In this document: positions 1-7,607 of the stretch, piece after piece
How positions within the stretch are numbered: position 1 is the first letter of the stretch
How the letters are laid out: each line of letters begins with the position of its first letter
NCBI GenBank assembly: GCA_018400815.1
Contig: JAGYLS010000037.1
Coordinates: forward strand, 1-16,869
Length of the DNA stretch: 16,869 bases
Direction: 5' to 3'
Origin: Candidatus Oleincola secundus
GTDB lineage: Bacteria; Atribacterota; Phoenicimicrobiia; Phoenicimicrobiales; Stramentimicrobiaceae
Program-made: the position numbers and the translations under genes
The notes under the pieces: model-generated
The model's input: the letters and a program-made list of their open reading frames with translations, nothing else
Told to the model about the DNA's origin: nothing
The model's database searches: none

Positions 1-1
1 A

Positions 2-58
2 GATATGAAGGATGGCCTTTTAGAGTGGAAAAAAAATAAATTACCTTTAATAAAATAA
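2..58 (+). CDS. 3' end of a gene, probably a rhodanese-like domain protein (partial)
   Basis: Frame from position 2 reads DMKDGLLEWKKNKLPLIK*, resembling the rhodanese C-terminal motif (L.GG...W...gLP); only 18 codons visible. Confidence 0.5.
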   Translation, partial: DMKDGLLEWKKNKLPLIK

Positions 59-69
59 TTTAAACCATA

Positions 70-906
70 ATGATGAAAAAAATAATTTTTACAATTTTAA
101 CTTTGGCTGTTCTTGCTACTGCAGTTTTATTTTTGAGGGGAGATGAGAATACTTGGACTTGTGAAAGCGGTGAATGGACTAAACATGGTAACCCATCTAC
201 TGAGAAGCCCGATACTCCTTGTGGAATAGAGGATGATTTAAATGTTTTTGATTTTTTAGCTGATTCTTGTGAAATAAATAACGGGGGGTGGCTATCCGAA
301 CAAAAAGAATGTGAACAGGTTGATAAAACGTGGTGTGATGGGAACCAAGGTATTTATAGTGAGTGTGAATCAGGTTGTCGTCATAATAATGATCCTTTAG
401 TTGCTTGTACTGCTCAGTGTGTCGGGGTTTGTAAATTTTCAAATCTTCCGATAATAGAAGTTGTTGATTTTAATTCTTGCGTAGAGGCTGGGAATGCAAT
501 AATGGAATCTTATCCAAGACAATGTCAGGATCAACAAAGTGTGGAAGTATTCACTGAGGACGTTGGTAATGTGCTTGAAGTATTAGATCTGATTCAATTA
601 AGTACACCTCTCCCCGGGGAAGAAATCTCTAGTCCATTAGTAATAAAAGGTCAGGCTCGCGGGACTTGGTTTTTTGAAGCTAGTTTCCCTGTAATACTTG
701 TGAATTGGGATGGTTTGATTATTGCGGAAGGTGTTGCAACAGCTACGGATGATTGGATGACAGAAGAATTTGTTCCATTTACTGCTAATTTAGAATTTAT
801 TAAGCCGGACTATAGCAATAGAGGTGCTCTTATCCTAAAGAAAGATAATCCTTCCGATTTACCAGAATACGACAACGCACTTGAAATACCTATTTTATTT
901 AAATAA
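70..906 (+). CDS. Secreted or membrane-anchored Cys-rich protein with C-terminal Gmad2-type immunoglobulin-like domain
   Basis: N-terminal KKIIF plus hydrophobic signal/anchor; several Cys-rich segments; C-terminal P.PGEEISSPL.I.G.ARGTWFFEASFPV typical of Gmad2 proteins. Confidence 0.75.
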   Translation: MMKKIIFTILTLAVLATAVLFLRGDENTWTCESGEWTKHGNPSTEKPDTPCGIEDDLNVFDFLADSCEINNGGWLSEQKECEQVDKTWCDGNQGIYSECESGCRHNNDPLVACTAQCVGVCKFSNLPIIEVVDFNSCVEAGNAIMESYPRQCQDQQSVEVFTEDVGNVLEVLDLIQLSTPLPGEEISSPLVIKGQARGTWFFEASFPVILVNWDGLIIAEGVATATDDWMTEEFVPFTANLEFIKPDYSNRGALILKKDNPSDLPEYDNALEIPILFK

Positions 907-908
907 TA

Positions 909-1202
909 TTAAAAAGTGATGTTAAGTAATTCCTCAAAAGAATCTTCTTTTGAGGTTTTATTTTTTTTCTGGTATCCGCAGATAACGCAACGATGGACAA
1001 TAATTTGTTCCCCACTCTTATTTTCTAAAGCAATTGGTTCCATTAAACCTTGACAAATAGAGGCTCTATCTCCGGGGTTGATATCAACGTGTTTACTCCA
1101 CAAACAAATAGGGCAGTGATTGGTATAACCGTCTCCTGTGATTTCAGATCCGCAATTTTCGCAAGTGAAATCCTCTATTTTCCTTTGAAATTTCCTATCC
1201 AT
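909..1202 (-). CDS. RNHCP domain-containing zinc-binding protein
   Basis: FTCENCG...TNHCPICLWSKHVD..PGDRAS.C.GLMEP...HRC..CG; start reassigned to the ATG at 1202 (MDRKFQ), which removes the overlap with argS. Confidence 0.85.
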   Translation of the reverse strand: MDRKFQRKIEDFTCENCGSEITGDGYTNHCPICLWSKHVDINPGDRASICQGLMEPIALENKSGEQIIVHRCVICGYQKKNKTSKEDSFEELLNITF

Positions 1203-1219
1203 AGACAATATGTTATTAT
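1191..1219. promoter_or_regulatory. Overlapping divergent -10 elements for argS (+) and the RNHCP gene (-)
   Basis: + strand TGtTATTAT at 1211-1219, 7 nt before ATG 1227; - strand TAACAT at 1215-1210, 7 nt before ATG 1202. Confidence 0.5.
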
Positions 1220-1226
1220 TACAACA

Positions 1227-2990
1227 ATGAATATAACACAATTATTACAAAAAAATACTGATTATGTAAATCCCTCTCAGGAAATAATTCGACAAAAATT
1301 ATTTGAAATCATAAAAGATTATAAAATAGAAGAGGATGTTCTTTTTGTCGTGGAACAACCGTTAGAAGAATCTCATGGGGACTATGCGACAAATGTAGCA
1401 ATGGCATTGGCTGGTATTTTAAAAAAGAGCCCTTTGGAAATTGCTCAGGACATAGTTAAAAAATTTGATAAGTCTGACTTTCTGGAAAGTATTAATGCCG
1501 TTGCACCAGGATTCGTTAATTTTAAATTTAAAAATGATTTTTTTATTAAAGAGTTAAATAAAATTTTAATTAAAAAAGAAAGTTATGGAAAATTTGATAA
1601 TTTGATATTAGAACATCCAGAGAAGATAATGGTTGAGTTTGGACAACCTAATACCCATAAAGCTTTCACAGTTGGGCATATCAAAGGGACGATATCTGGT
1701 TTATCGGTTTGCAACTTGATTGAAAACTTGGGCTATGGGGTTATTAAGACAAATTATTATGGGGATATTGGGATGCACACAGCAAAGTGTACCTGGGGGG
1801 TAATTAAAAAAGGTTTGCCAGAAAATTTTGGAACTTGGAATGAACATAAAAAAATGGAATTCATTGCTGATGCCTATGTCTATGCTTCAGAAAATTTTGA
1901 AAAAAGTGAAGATGAAATTAGAAAGATAAATTTAGATATTTACAATAATAATAAAACAGAGGCAACTGAGTTATATGAAAAAATAAAGATTTGGAGTTTG
2001 GAGCATCAAAAATCTGTTTTTGAAAATTTGGGGGTTTTTTTCGATAAACAATATCCAGAAAGCCAAGTATTTGAAAATGCTAAAAAAATAGTCAATCAAA
2101 ATGTTGGGAAAATTTTTAAAGAAAGTCAGGGAGCTATTATTTATGACGGTGAAAAAGAAGGTTTAAATATTTGGGTGGTACAGACTAGCGAGGGCAACCC
2201 AACTTACATGGCAAAAGATTTGTCTTTAGGTTTTCAAAAATTTCAGGATTATCCTGATTTATACTCAAATATTACTTTAACTGCAATAGAACAGAAAGAT
2301 CATTTCAAAGCTGTTATAAAAATACTGGAAACTTTTGATGAAAAATTCAAAGATAAATATTTCCATGTTCATTTTGGATGGTTATTGATGGATGGGAAAA
2401 AGACTAGTTCTAGAAGTGGGAAAAATATTAAAGGGACTGATATGCTCGAAGAATCCTTGGAAGTGGCTAGAACTAAAATTGCGGAATTGAAAGATTATGA
2501 TAAAGAAAAAAAAGAAGAAATTGCGCGTGTAGTGGCTTTGGCTGGAATTAAATTTTTAATTCTTTCTCACGATTTTAATAAAGATGTAAATTACGACCCA
2601 AAGAAATTTATTGATTTTGAGGGCTATTCAGGTCCTTATATTTTATATGCCTATGTAAGGGCACAATCTATTTTAAGGAAGTCAGAAAAATATGAATCTA
2701 TAAAAGATTTAAAGGTTGATAATTTAAATGATTACGAATTAGGTTTGTTGAAATGGTTGGCGCGTTATCCCCACGTTGCTTACCGGGCAGGAATAGAGAT
2801 AGCCCCTCATCTTCTCTGTGTCTATTTGTTTGAGCTATCTCAAAGATTTAATTCTTTTTACGCAAATTGTCCTGTTTTGGATGCTTCGGAAAAAGAAAAA
2901 GAAACTCGTTTAGCTTTAGCAGAAGGCACAGCTCAAGTTCTAAAAAATGGTTTAGGTTTGTTGGGAATTGAAACTGTTGAGGAGATGTAA
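1227..2990 (+). CDS. argS: Arginine--tRNA ligase
   Basis: HGDYATNVA N-domain, EFGQPNTHKAFTVGH (HIGH region), NYYGDIG, KTSSRSG (KMSKS region), GPYILYAYVRAQSIL and DALR domain ending GLLGI...EEM; start reassigned to ATG 1227. Confidence 0.95.
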   Translation: MNITQLLQKNTDYVNPSQEIIRQKLFEIIKDYKIEEDVLFVVEQPLEESHGDYATNVAMALAGILKKSPLEIAQDIVKKFDKSDFLESINAVAPGFVNFKFKNDFFIKELNKILIKKESYGKFDNLILEHPEKIMVEFGQPNTHKAFTVGHIKGTISGLSVCNLIENLGYGVIKTNYYGDIGMHTAKCTWGVIKKGLPENFGTWNEHKKMEFIADAYVYASENFEKSEDEIRKINLDIYNNNKTEATELYEKIKIWSLEHQKSVFENLGVFFDKQYPESQVFENAKKIVNQNVGKIFKESQGAIIYDGEKEGLNIWVVQTSEGNPTYMAKDLSLGFQKFQDYPDLYSNITLTAIEQKDHFKAVIKILETFDEKFKDKYFHVHFGWLLMDGKKTSSRSGKNIKGTDMLEESLEVARTKIAELKDYDKEKKEEIARVVALAGIKFLILSHDFNKDVNYDPKKFIDFEGYSGPYILYAYVRAQSILRKSEKYESIKDLKVDNLNDYELGLLKWLARYPHVAYRAGIEIAPHLLCVYLFELSQRFNSFYANCPVLDASEKEKETRLALAEGTAQVLKNGLGLLGIETVEEM

Positions 2991-2998
2991 AAGTATAA

Positions 2999-3082
2999 AT
3001 CCTGTTAGAAATTCTAATGGAATGAGTTATATTGAGTTGAGTAACAACAAAAAAATTATAAATTAACTACCTCTAACGGGAT
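2999..3082. repeat. Short element bounded by 11-bp imperfect inverted repeats
   Basis: ATCCTGTTAGA (2999-3009) and TCTAACGGGAT (3072-3082), 10/11 complementary; a further partial arm TTCTAATGG at 3012-3020. Confidence 0.5.
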
Positions 3083-4706
3083 GAAACAAAAAGAAGCCTT
3101 AGAAATTTTAAAAATGGGGAAGAATGTATTTTTAACCGGTCCAGCTGGGAGTGGTAAAACTTATGTTTTAAATCAATATATTGATTTTTTAAAAGAGAAA
3201 AAAGTTTCGGTTGGGGTAACAGCTTCCACTGGTATTGCTTCTACCCATTTGAATGGAATTACTATTCATTCATGGTCAGGTCTAGGTATCAAAGATAATT
3301 TGTCTGAACATGAGATTGAAAAGTTATTATCCAAGAGTTACCTCAAGAAAAAATTTAAATATACTCAGGTTTTGGTGATTGATGAAATTTCTATGTTGCA
3401 TGGTTTTCAGTTAGATGCTGTAGATAGAATTTGTCGTGCTTTTAAACAATCCACAGCCCCTTTCGGTGGGATGCAGATAGTTTTATGTGGTGACTTTTTT
3501 CAACTACCTCCTATCAATAAAGGTGATTTAGAAATTAATTTTGCCTACAAGGCTGAGATTTGGGGAATTATGGATTTACAAGTTTGTTATCTTAGTGAAC
3601 AATATCGACAAGCACTAACTGATGATCTACTAAGTGTCTTAAATGATATCCGCCAAAATGAGATTAGTAAAAGAACTCAAGAACTACTTCAACAGCGACA
3701 ATCAGCTAAACGAAATAAAATTATTCCAACTAAATTGTACACACATAATAGGGAAGTGGACCAATTAAATTTACAGGAATTAGACAAGATCAGTGGTTTC
3801 CCTAACGTCTACCAAATGCAGTTTACTGGTGCTAGGAAATTGGCAGAGAGTTTGAAGAAAAGTTGTTTGGCTATGGAGGAATTGCGTTTAAAAAAAGACG
3901 CTGTGGTGATGTTTGTTAAAAATAATTTTGAAGCTGGTTATGTTAATGGGACTTTAGGAGTTGTGGTAGATTTTGATGGAAATTTGCCAGTCATCCGGAC
4001 CTATAGTGGAAAAGAAATAATTGTAGATTATGAGAATTGGCATATTGAAGAAGAGGGAATTATGAAGGCTAAAATCACTCAAATACCACTTCGTTTAGCT
4101 TGGGCTATTACTGTCCACAAAAGCCAGGGAATGAGCCTTGATGCGGCTGAAATTGACCTTTCACGGTCATTTGTAGCTGGAATGGGTTATGTGGCCTTAT
4201 CTCGGGTTAGGTCTTTAGATGGCCTGTATTTAAAGGGTATAAATAGTATGGCTTTACAGGTGGATGAGAACATTTTGGCTTTTGATCAGGAGTTAAAAGA
4301 AAAATCAGAACGAGCTGTTAGACAATTAAAAATAACACCGAAGGATAGAAAAGGTAACTTACAAAAAGAGTTTTTAAATCAAGCCGTGGTTGATGTTCCT
4401 GTCGAAGAGAAAATTTCTACTTACGATTTGACTAAACAATTAGTAGCACAAGAAATGACTATCGGAGATATGGCTAGGGAAAGAGGTATGACAGAATCAA
4501 CCATCGTCAATCATCTGGAAAAATTGGCAGAGGAGAAGGGGACCGGGCGAGTAAATTTAGACTACTTGAAAGATGATATTAAAGATTTTGAAAAGATTAA
4601 GAAAGCTTGGAAGAAAACTAAAGGTGATAAATTAACTCCTGTTAAAAAGATTTTAGGTAATAAGTATTCTTTTGAGGATATTCGAGTGGCGAGGTTATTT
4701 TTGTAG
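3081..4706 (+). CDS. PIF1-family (SF1B) DNA helicase with C-terminal helix-turn-helix domain
   Basis: GPAGSGKT, DEISM, GDFFQLPP, AWAITVHKSQG, YVALSR; C-terminal ARERGMTESTIVNHL HTH. Confidence 0.9.
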   Translation: MKQKEALEILKMGKNVFLTGPAGSGKTYVLNQYIDFLKEKKVSVGVTASTGIASTHLNGITIHSWSGLGIKDNLSEHEIEKLLSKSYLKKKFKYTQVLVIDEISMLHGFQLDAVDRICRAFKQSTAPFGGMQIVLCGDFFQLPPINKGDLEINFAYKAEIWGIMDLQVCYLSEQYRQALTDDLLSVLNDIRQNEISKRTQELLQQRQSAKRNKIIPTKLYTHNREVDQLNLQELDKISGFPNVYQMQFTGARKLAESLKKSCLAMEELRLKKDAVVMFVKNNFEAGYVNGTLGVVVDFDGNLPVIRTYSGKEIIVDYENWHIEEEGIMKAKITQIPLRLAWAITVHKSQGMSLDAAEIDLSRSFVAGMGYVALSRVRSLDGLYLKGINSMALQVDENILAFDQELKEKSERAVRQLKITPKDRKGNLQKEFLNQAVVDVPVEEKISTYDLTKQLVAQEMTIGDMARERGMTESTIVNHLEKLAEEKGTGRVNLDYLKDDIKDFEKIKKAWKKTKGDKLTPVKKILGNKYSFEDIRVARLFL

Positions 4707-4709
4707 ATT

Positions 4710-5639
4710 TTATAAGAATTTTAATTTACCTATTACTTCTTGAACATTCTTATAATTCTTTTTTTGTAAAATTTCTACTAATTCTTTTTCTATACGTTGG
4801 AAACAAGAGGGACCTTCTTTTTCGAAAGTTGTACCAATTTGAACTGCATTCGCTCCGGCTAAGAGAAATTCAAAAACATCTTCTCCCGTTTTAATTCCTC
4901 CGACGCCGAAGATAAATACCTTGTTTTTTAAAAGATTGTAAAAACCTTGGACATTACCTAATGCTATTGGTTTTATATAATCTCCTGACAAACCACCCCT
5001 TCCTTTTTTGGGTTTAATTAAAGGTTTTTCTGATTTTGAATCAATTATTAAACTATTTCCTAAAGAATTAATACATGTAATAAATGATATTTTATATTTT
5101 TTTATTATCTCAACCATTTTTTCTTGTAGGGCCGAATCAAGATAAGCAGGCAATTTTAGACCAATTGGTTTTTTCCCTAAGTTAATTAATTGGGATAACA
5201 ATTTTTCTGTTTCATCGAAGTCATAGCCGATTTGTGAGTGACCTTCTAAGTTAGGGCAGGAGAGACTAATTTCAATAAAATCAACATCGCTTTTTTGAAA
5301 AGCTTCAACTATGGTTTTATAATCTTCTATTGAAAATCCTCCGACACTGGCAATTATTGGTTTAGTAGTTTTTTCTTTTATTTTTTTCGCAAATTCAATA
5401 TATTTTTTATACCCTAAATTAGGCCAGCCCATACTTTGAATTAAACCGAGAGGAGTGGAAACACAACGAGGGTTATGATTTCCCTCTCTCGGTTCTATCG
5501 TGCAAGTTTTCATCACAATAGCTCCAGAATTACTTCCAGCTAATATCTCTAACTCTTTTAAAGTGATATCTTTTACGCCTGAAGCATTAAATATACAAGA
5601 ATTGAAGTATTTGTTTAATAACTTAGTTTTAGTATTCAT
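4710..5639 (-). CDS. pyrD: Dihydroorotate dehydrogenase class 1A-like flavoprotein
   Basis: NASG, MKTCT..PR.GN..PR, SMG.PNLG, LSCPN (catalytic Cys), KLP.Y, INSLGN, GG.SG.YIKP.AL.NV, GVGGI.TG.D, QIGT. Confidence 0.88.
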   Translation of the reverse strand: MNTKTKLLNKYFNSCIFNASGVKDITLKELEILAGSNSGAIVMKTCTIEPREGNHNPRCVSTPLGLIQSMGWPNLGYKKYIEFAKKIKEKTTKPIIASVGGFSIEDYKTIVEAFQKSDVDFIEISLSCPNLEGHSQIGYDFDETEKLLSQLINLGKKPIGLKLPAYLDSALQEKMVEIIKKYKISFITCINSLGNSLIIDSKSEKPLIKPKKGRGGLSGDYIKPIALGNVQGFYNLLKNKVFIFGVGGIKTGEDVFEFLLAGANAVQIGTTFEKEGPSCFQRIEKELVEILQKKNYKNVQEVIGKLKFL

Positions 5640-5642
5640 TTG

Positions 5643-5714
5643 CGGGTCTAGCAGGACTCGAACCTGCAGTCCTGGTTTTGGAGACCAGTGGTTTACCAGT
5701 TAACCGATAGACCC
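5643..5714 (-). tRNA. tRNA-Trp (CCA)
   Basis: Acceptor GGGTCTA/TAGACCC, anticodon arm CTGGT-CTCCAAA-ACCAG, T arm GCAGG-TTCGAGT-CCTGC; 3' CCA not encoded. Confidence 0.95.
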
Positions 5715-5722
5715 GTAGGGAT

Positions 5723-5817
5723 AGTATAAAGTCAAAAGTCCATAAAGTCCATAAAGCAAGGGTGATACACTGTACTTTTTATTTGAGGCTTTTGGTTTTA
5801 TAAACTTTATGGACTTT
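5723..5817. repeat. Tandem AAAGTCCAT repeats with an inverted copy, upstream of tRNA-Trp
   Basis: AAAGTC-A-AAAGTCCAT-AAAGTCCAT-AAAG at 5728-5756; inverted ACTTTATGGACTTT at 5804-5817. Confidence 0.75.
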
Positions 5818-5823
5818 CAGTTC

Positions 5824-5877
5824 GAATCTAAAAAATAAAAAACTGCAATTAATTGCAGTTTTTTATTTTTTAGATTC
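5824..5877 (-). terminator. 54-bp perfect palindrome, probable rpmG terminator
   Basis: GAATCTAAAAAATAAAAAACTGCAATT|AATTGCAGTTTTTTATTTTTTAGATTC; overlaps the last 15 nt of rpmG; T-runs on both strands. Confidence 0.7.
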
Positions 5878-6021
5878 TTTATGGCTAACGTGCTTTTGAC
5901 ACCATTTGCAAAACTTCTTGAATTCCAATTTTCTTTCGACTAACTTCTTATTTTTACTTGTCCAGTAATTGATTCTTTTACAATCCTGACAAGCCATTTT
6001 AATTAATCTTTCTTGTGACAT
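5863..6021 (-). CDS. rpmG: 50S ribosomal protein L33, zinc-binding (C+) form, 52 aa; not in the ORF track
   Basis: Hand translation MSQERLIKMACQDCKRINYWTSKNKKLVERKLEFKKFCKWCQKHVSHKESKK*; two CxxC motifs; conserved position upstream of tRNA-Trp. Confidence 0.95.
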   Translation of the reverse strand: MSQERLIKMACQDCKRINYWTSKNKKLVERKLEFKKFCKWCQKHVSHKESKK

Positions 6022-6027
6022 GGGGGC

Positions 6028-6056
6028 ATTATATAGGAGATTATGATTATAATCAA
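6028..6056 (-). promoter_or_regulatory. Sigma70-type promoter of rpmG
   Basis: TTGATT-17 nt-TATAAT, then GCCCCC and ATG (6-nt gap, so probably leaderless). Confidence 0.7.
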
Positions 6057-6099
6057 GAGCAAAAAACGAATTTTTATTTTTTTATAATATTATATATAG

Positions 6100-6172
6100 T
6101 CCGCCCGACAGGGATCGAACCTGTGACCGTCAACTTAAGAGGCTGCTGCTCTACCATCTGAGCTACGGGCGG
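6100..6172 (-). tRNA. tRNA-Lys (CTT)
   Basis: Acceptor CCGCCCG/CGGGCGG, D arm GCTC/GAGC, anticodon loop CTCTTAA, T arm ACAGG-TTCGATC-CCTGT. Confidence 0.93.
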
Positions 6173-6227
6173 ATGTTTTTATTTACAATCAACATCTATA
6201 TTATCTTTATTTGTTCTTGATTTCAAG

Positions 6228-7058
6228 TTATTTAAGGATTATTTTTTTTGCTTTTATTTCACTGCCAAAAAATTTACTCCCTAATCTTGTAAATTTATCA
6301 GTGAGGTCAGTTGAATAAAAAACTCTTTTTTTATTTTTACCAAGTTTTTCCTCTATATCAGAATGCTTTTTTAGATAGATTTCTAATTTTTTTGGTATGA
6401 TTTTTGCTTCAGATAAGACGACGATTCGTTTTCCAACAATTTTTTTTATTTTTCTTTCTAAAATCCCGTAATGTGTACAACCTAAAATTAAAGTATCGAT
6501 ATTTTGTTCTATTAGAGGTTCCAAATATTTAAGTAAGATTGTTTCAGTAAAATTTGAGTTTTGTTCTCCGGCTTCTACTATTGGGACTAATAGTGGACAT
6601 GATTTTTGAAGAGCTTTTATTTTTGGGTTAAGCTTTAGTAGTTCTTTTTTGAAGGATTCTGATCTTATAGTCCCTTCTGTGGCAATAACGCCGATTTTAT
6701 TGTTGTTTGTTTTTGTGATTGCTTCTTCCACTGTTGGGATTAAAACACCCAAAACTCTTTTATCTGGATAATACTTAGGTAGATATTCTTGTTGAATTTT
6801 TTTAAGGGCATCACTTGAAGCAGTATTGCAAGCTAAAATTATTATTTCACAATTACTTTCAAATAAAAAATTTATTGCTTGTTTAGTAAATTCATAAACA
6901 ACTTCGCTTGATCTTGTTCCGTAAGGAGTACGAGCGGTGTCACCTAAATAAATGTAATTATAATCGGGGAGCTTTTTTGTTATGGTTTTTAATATATCTA
7001 AACCACCAAAGCCGGAATCAAATATTCCAATAGATTTATTTTTATCAGCTCCTTTCAT
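6228..7058 (-). CDS. murI: Glutamate racemase
   Basis: IGIFDSGFGGL, GDTARTPYG, ACNTAS and LGCTHY (both catalytic Cys present). Confidence 0.96.
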   Translation of the reverse strand: MKGADKNKSIGIFDSGFGGLDILKTITKKLPDYNYIYLGDTARTPYGTRSSEVVYEFTKQAINFLFESNCEIIILACNTASSDALKKIQQEYLPKYYPDKRVLGVLIPTVEEAITKTNNNKIGVIATEGTIRSESFKKELLKLNPKIKALQKSCPLLVPIVEAGEQNSNFTETILLKYLEPLIEQNIDTLILGCTHYGILERKIKKIVGKRIVVLSEAKIIPKKLEIYLKKHSDIEEKLGKNKKRVFYSTDLTDKFTRLGSKFFGSEIKAKKIILK

Positions 7059-7077
7059 AGATTTTTAAAAAAATGTG

Positions 7078-7159
7078 TGCCCGGGGCGGGGGTCGAACCC
7101 GCATCCCGTGAGAGACACGATTTTAAGTCGTGCGCGTATACCAATTCCGCCACCCGGGC
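7078..7159 (-). tRNA. tRNA-Leu (TAA)
   Basis: Acceptor GCCCGGG/CCCGGGC, anticodon arm CACGA-CTTAAAA-TCGTG, long variable arm, GGTTCGAC T loop. Confidence 0.95.
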
Positions 7160-7186
7160 ATTTTTATTTCAATGTTCTTAAACCTG

Positions 7187-7258
7187 AGGCCTAGGTCGGA
7201 ATCGAACCGACTCATGGAGGTTTTGCAGACCCCAGCGTTCCCACTTCGCCACTAGACC
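7187..7258 (-). tRNA. tRNA-Cys (GCA)
   Basis: Acceptor GGTCTAG/CTAGGCC, anticodon loop CTGCAAA, U73 discriminator, T arm GTCGG-TTCGATT-CCGAC. Confidence 0.95.
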
Positions 7259-7279
7259 TTTCTTAGCGTCTCCTACAGT

Positions 7280-7603
7280 TTACAAATTTGAAGACAACTC
7301 GTCAATTCTTTGACGGTTTTTTTCTCCATAATCTATTTCGAAATCAAGAAAAGGGGTATTCTTCATACTTAATTTTGACTGAACAAAACTTCTAATATCG
7401 CTTCTTTGTCGCTTAACAAAATCCAATGCTGACTTCTCACTTGAGTCTGGTAAGACGGTTATGAAGATTGTCGATCTTTTGAAGTCCTTTGATAAGTCAG
7501 CATTTGTAACTGTGATTAGAGAAGTCCGATTCGATTCTCTCCCCAAAAACTGAGCGACTAGATTTTTGATATTTTCTTTTACTTTTTCTTGTCTGAGAGT
7601 CAT
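7280..7603 (-). CDS. rbfA: Ribosome-binding factor A
   Basis: RQEKV.E.I, LITVT.ADLSKD, TP.LDF..D.G..NRQRIDEL; directly after infB; start reassigned to ATG 7603. Confidence 0.92.
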   Translation of the reverse strand: MTLRQEKVKENIKNLVAQFLGRESNRTSLITVTNADLSKDFKRSTIFITVLPDSSEKSALDFVKRQRSDIRSFVQSKLSMKNTPFLDFEIDYGEKNRQRIDELSSNL

Positions 7604-7607
7604 TTTA

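Noticed and set aside
1050..1226. N-terminal extension of argS (likewise 11911-12021 of clpB, 15157-15222 of creD, 7604-7642 of rbfA)
   Set aside because: These overlap neighbouring genes or promoters; homology starts at the downstream ATG
5500..5703. 67-aa plus-strand ORF
   Set aside because: Antisense to pyrD and tRNA-Trp; its C-terminus is translated tRNA sequence
5728..5756. CRISPR-like array
   Set aside because: Units are 7-9 nt with no spacers, and no cas genes are present
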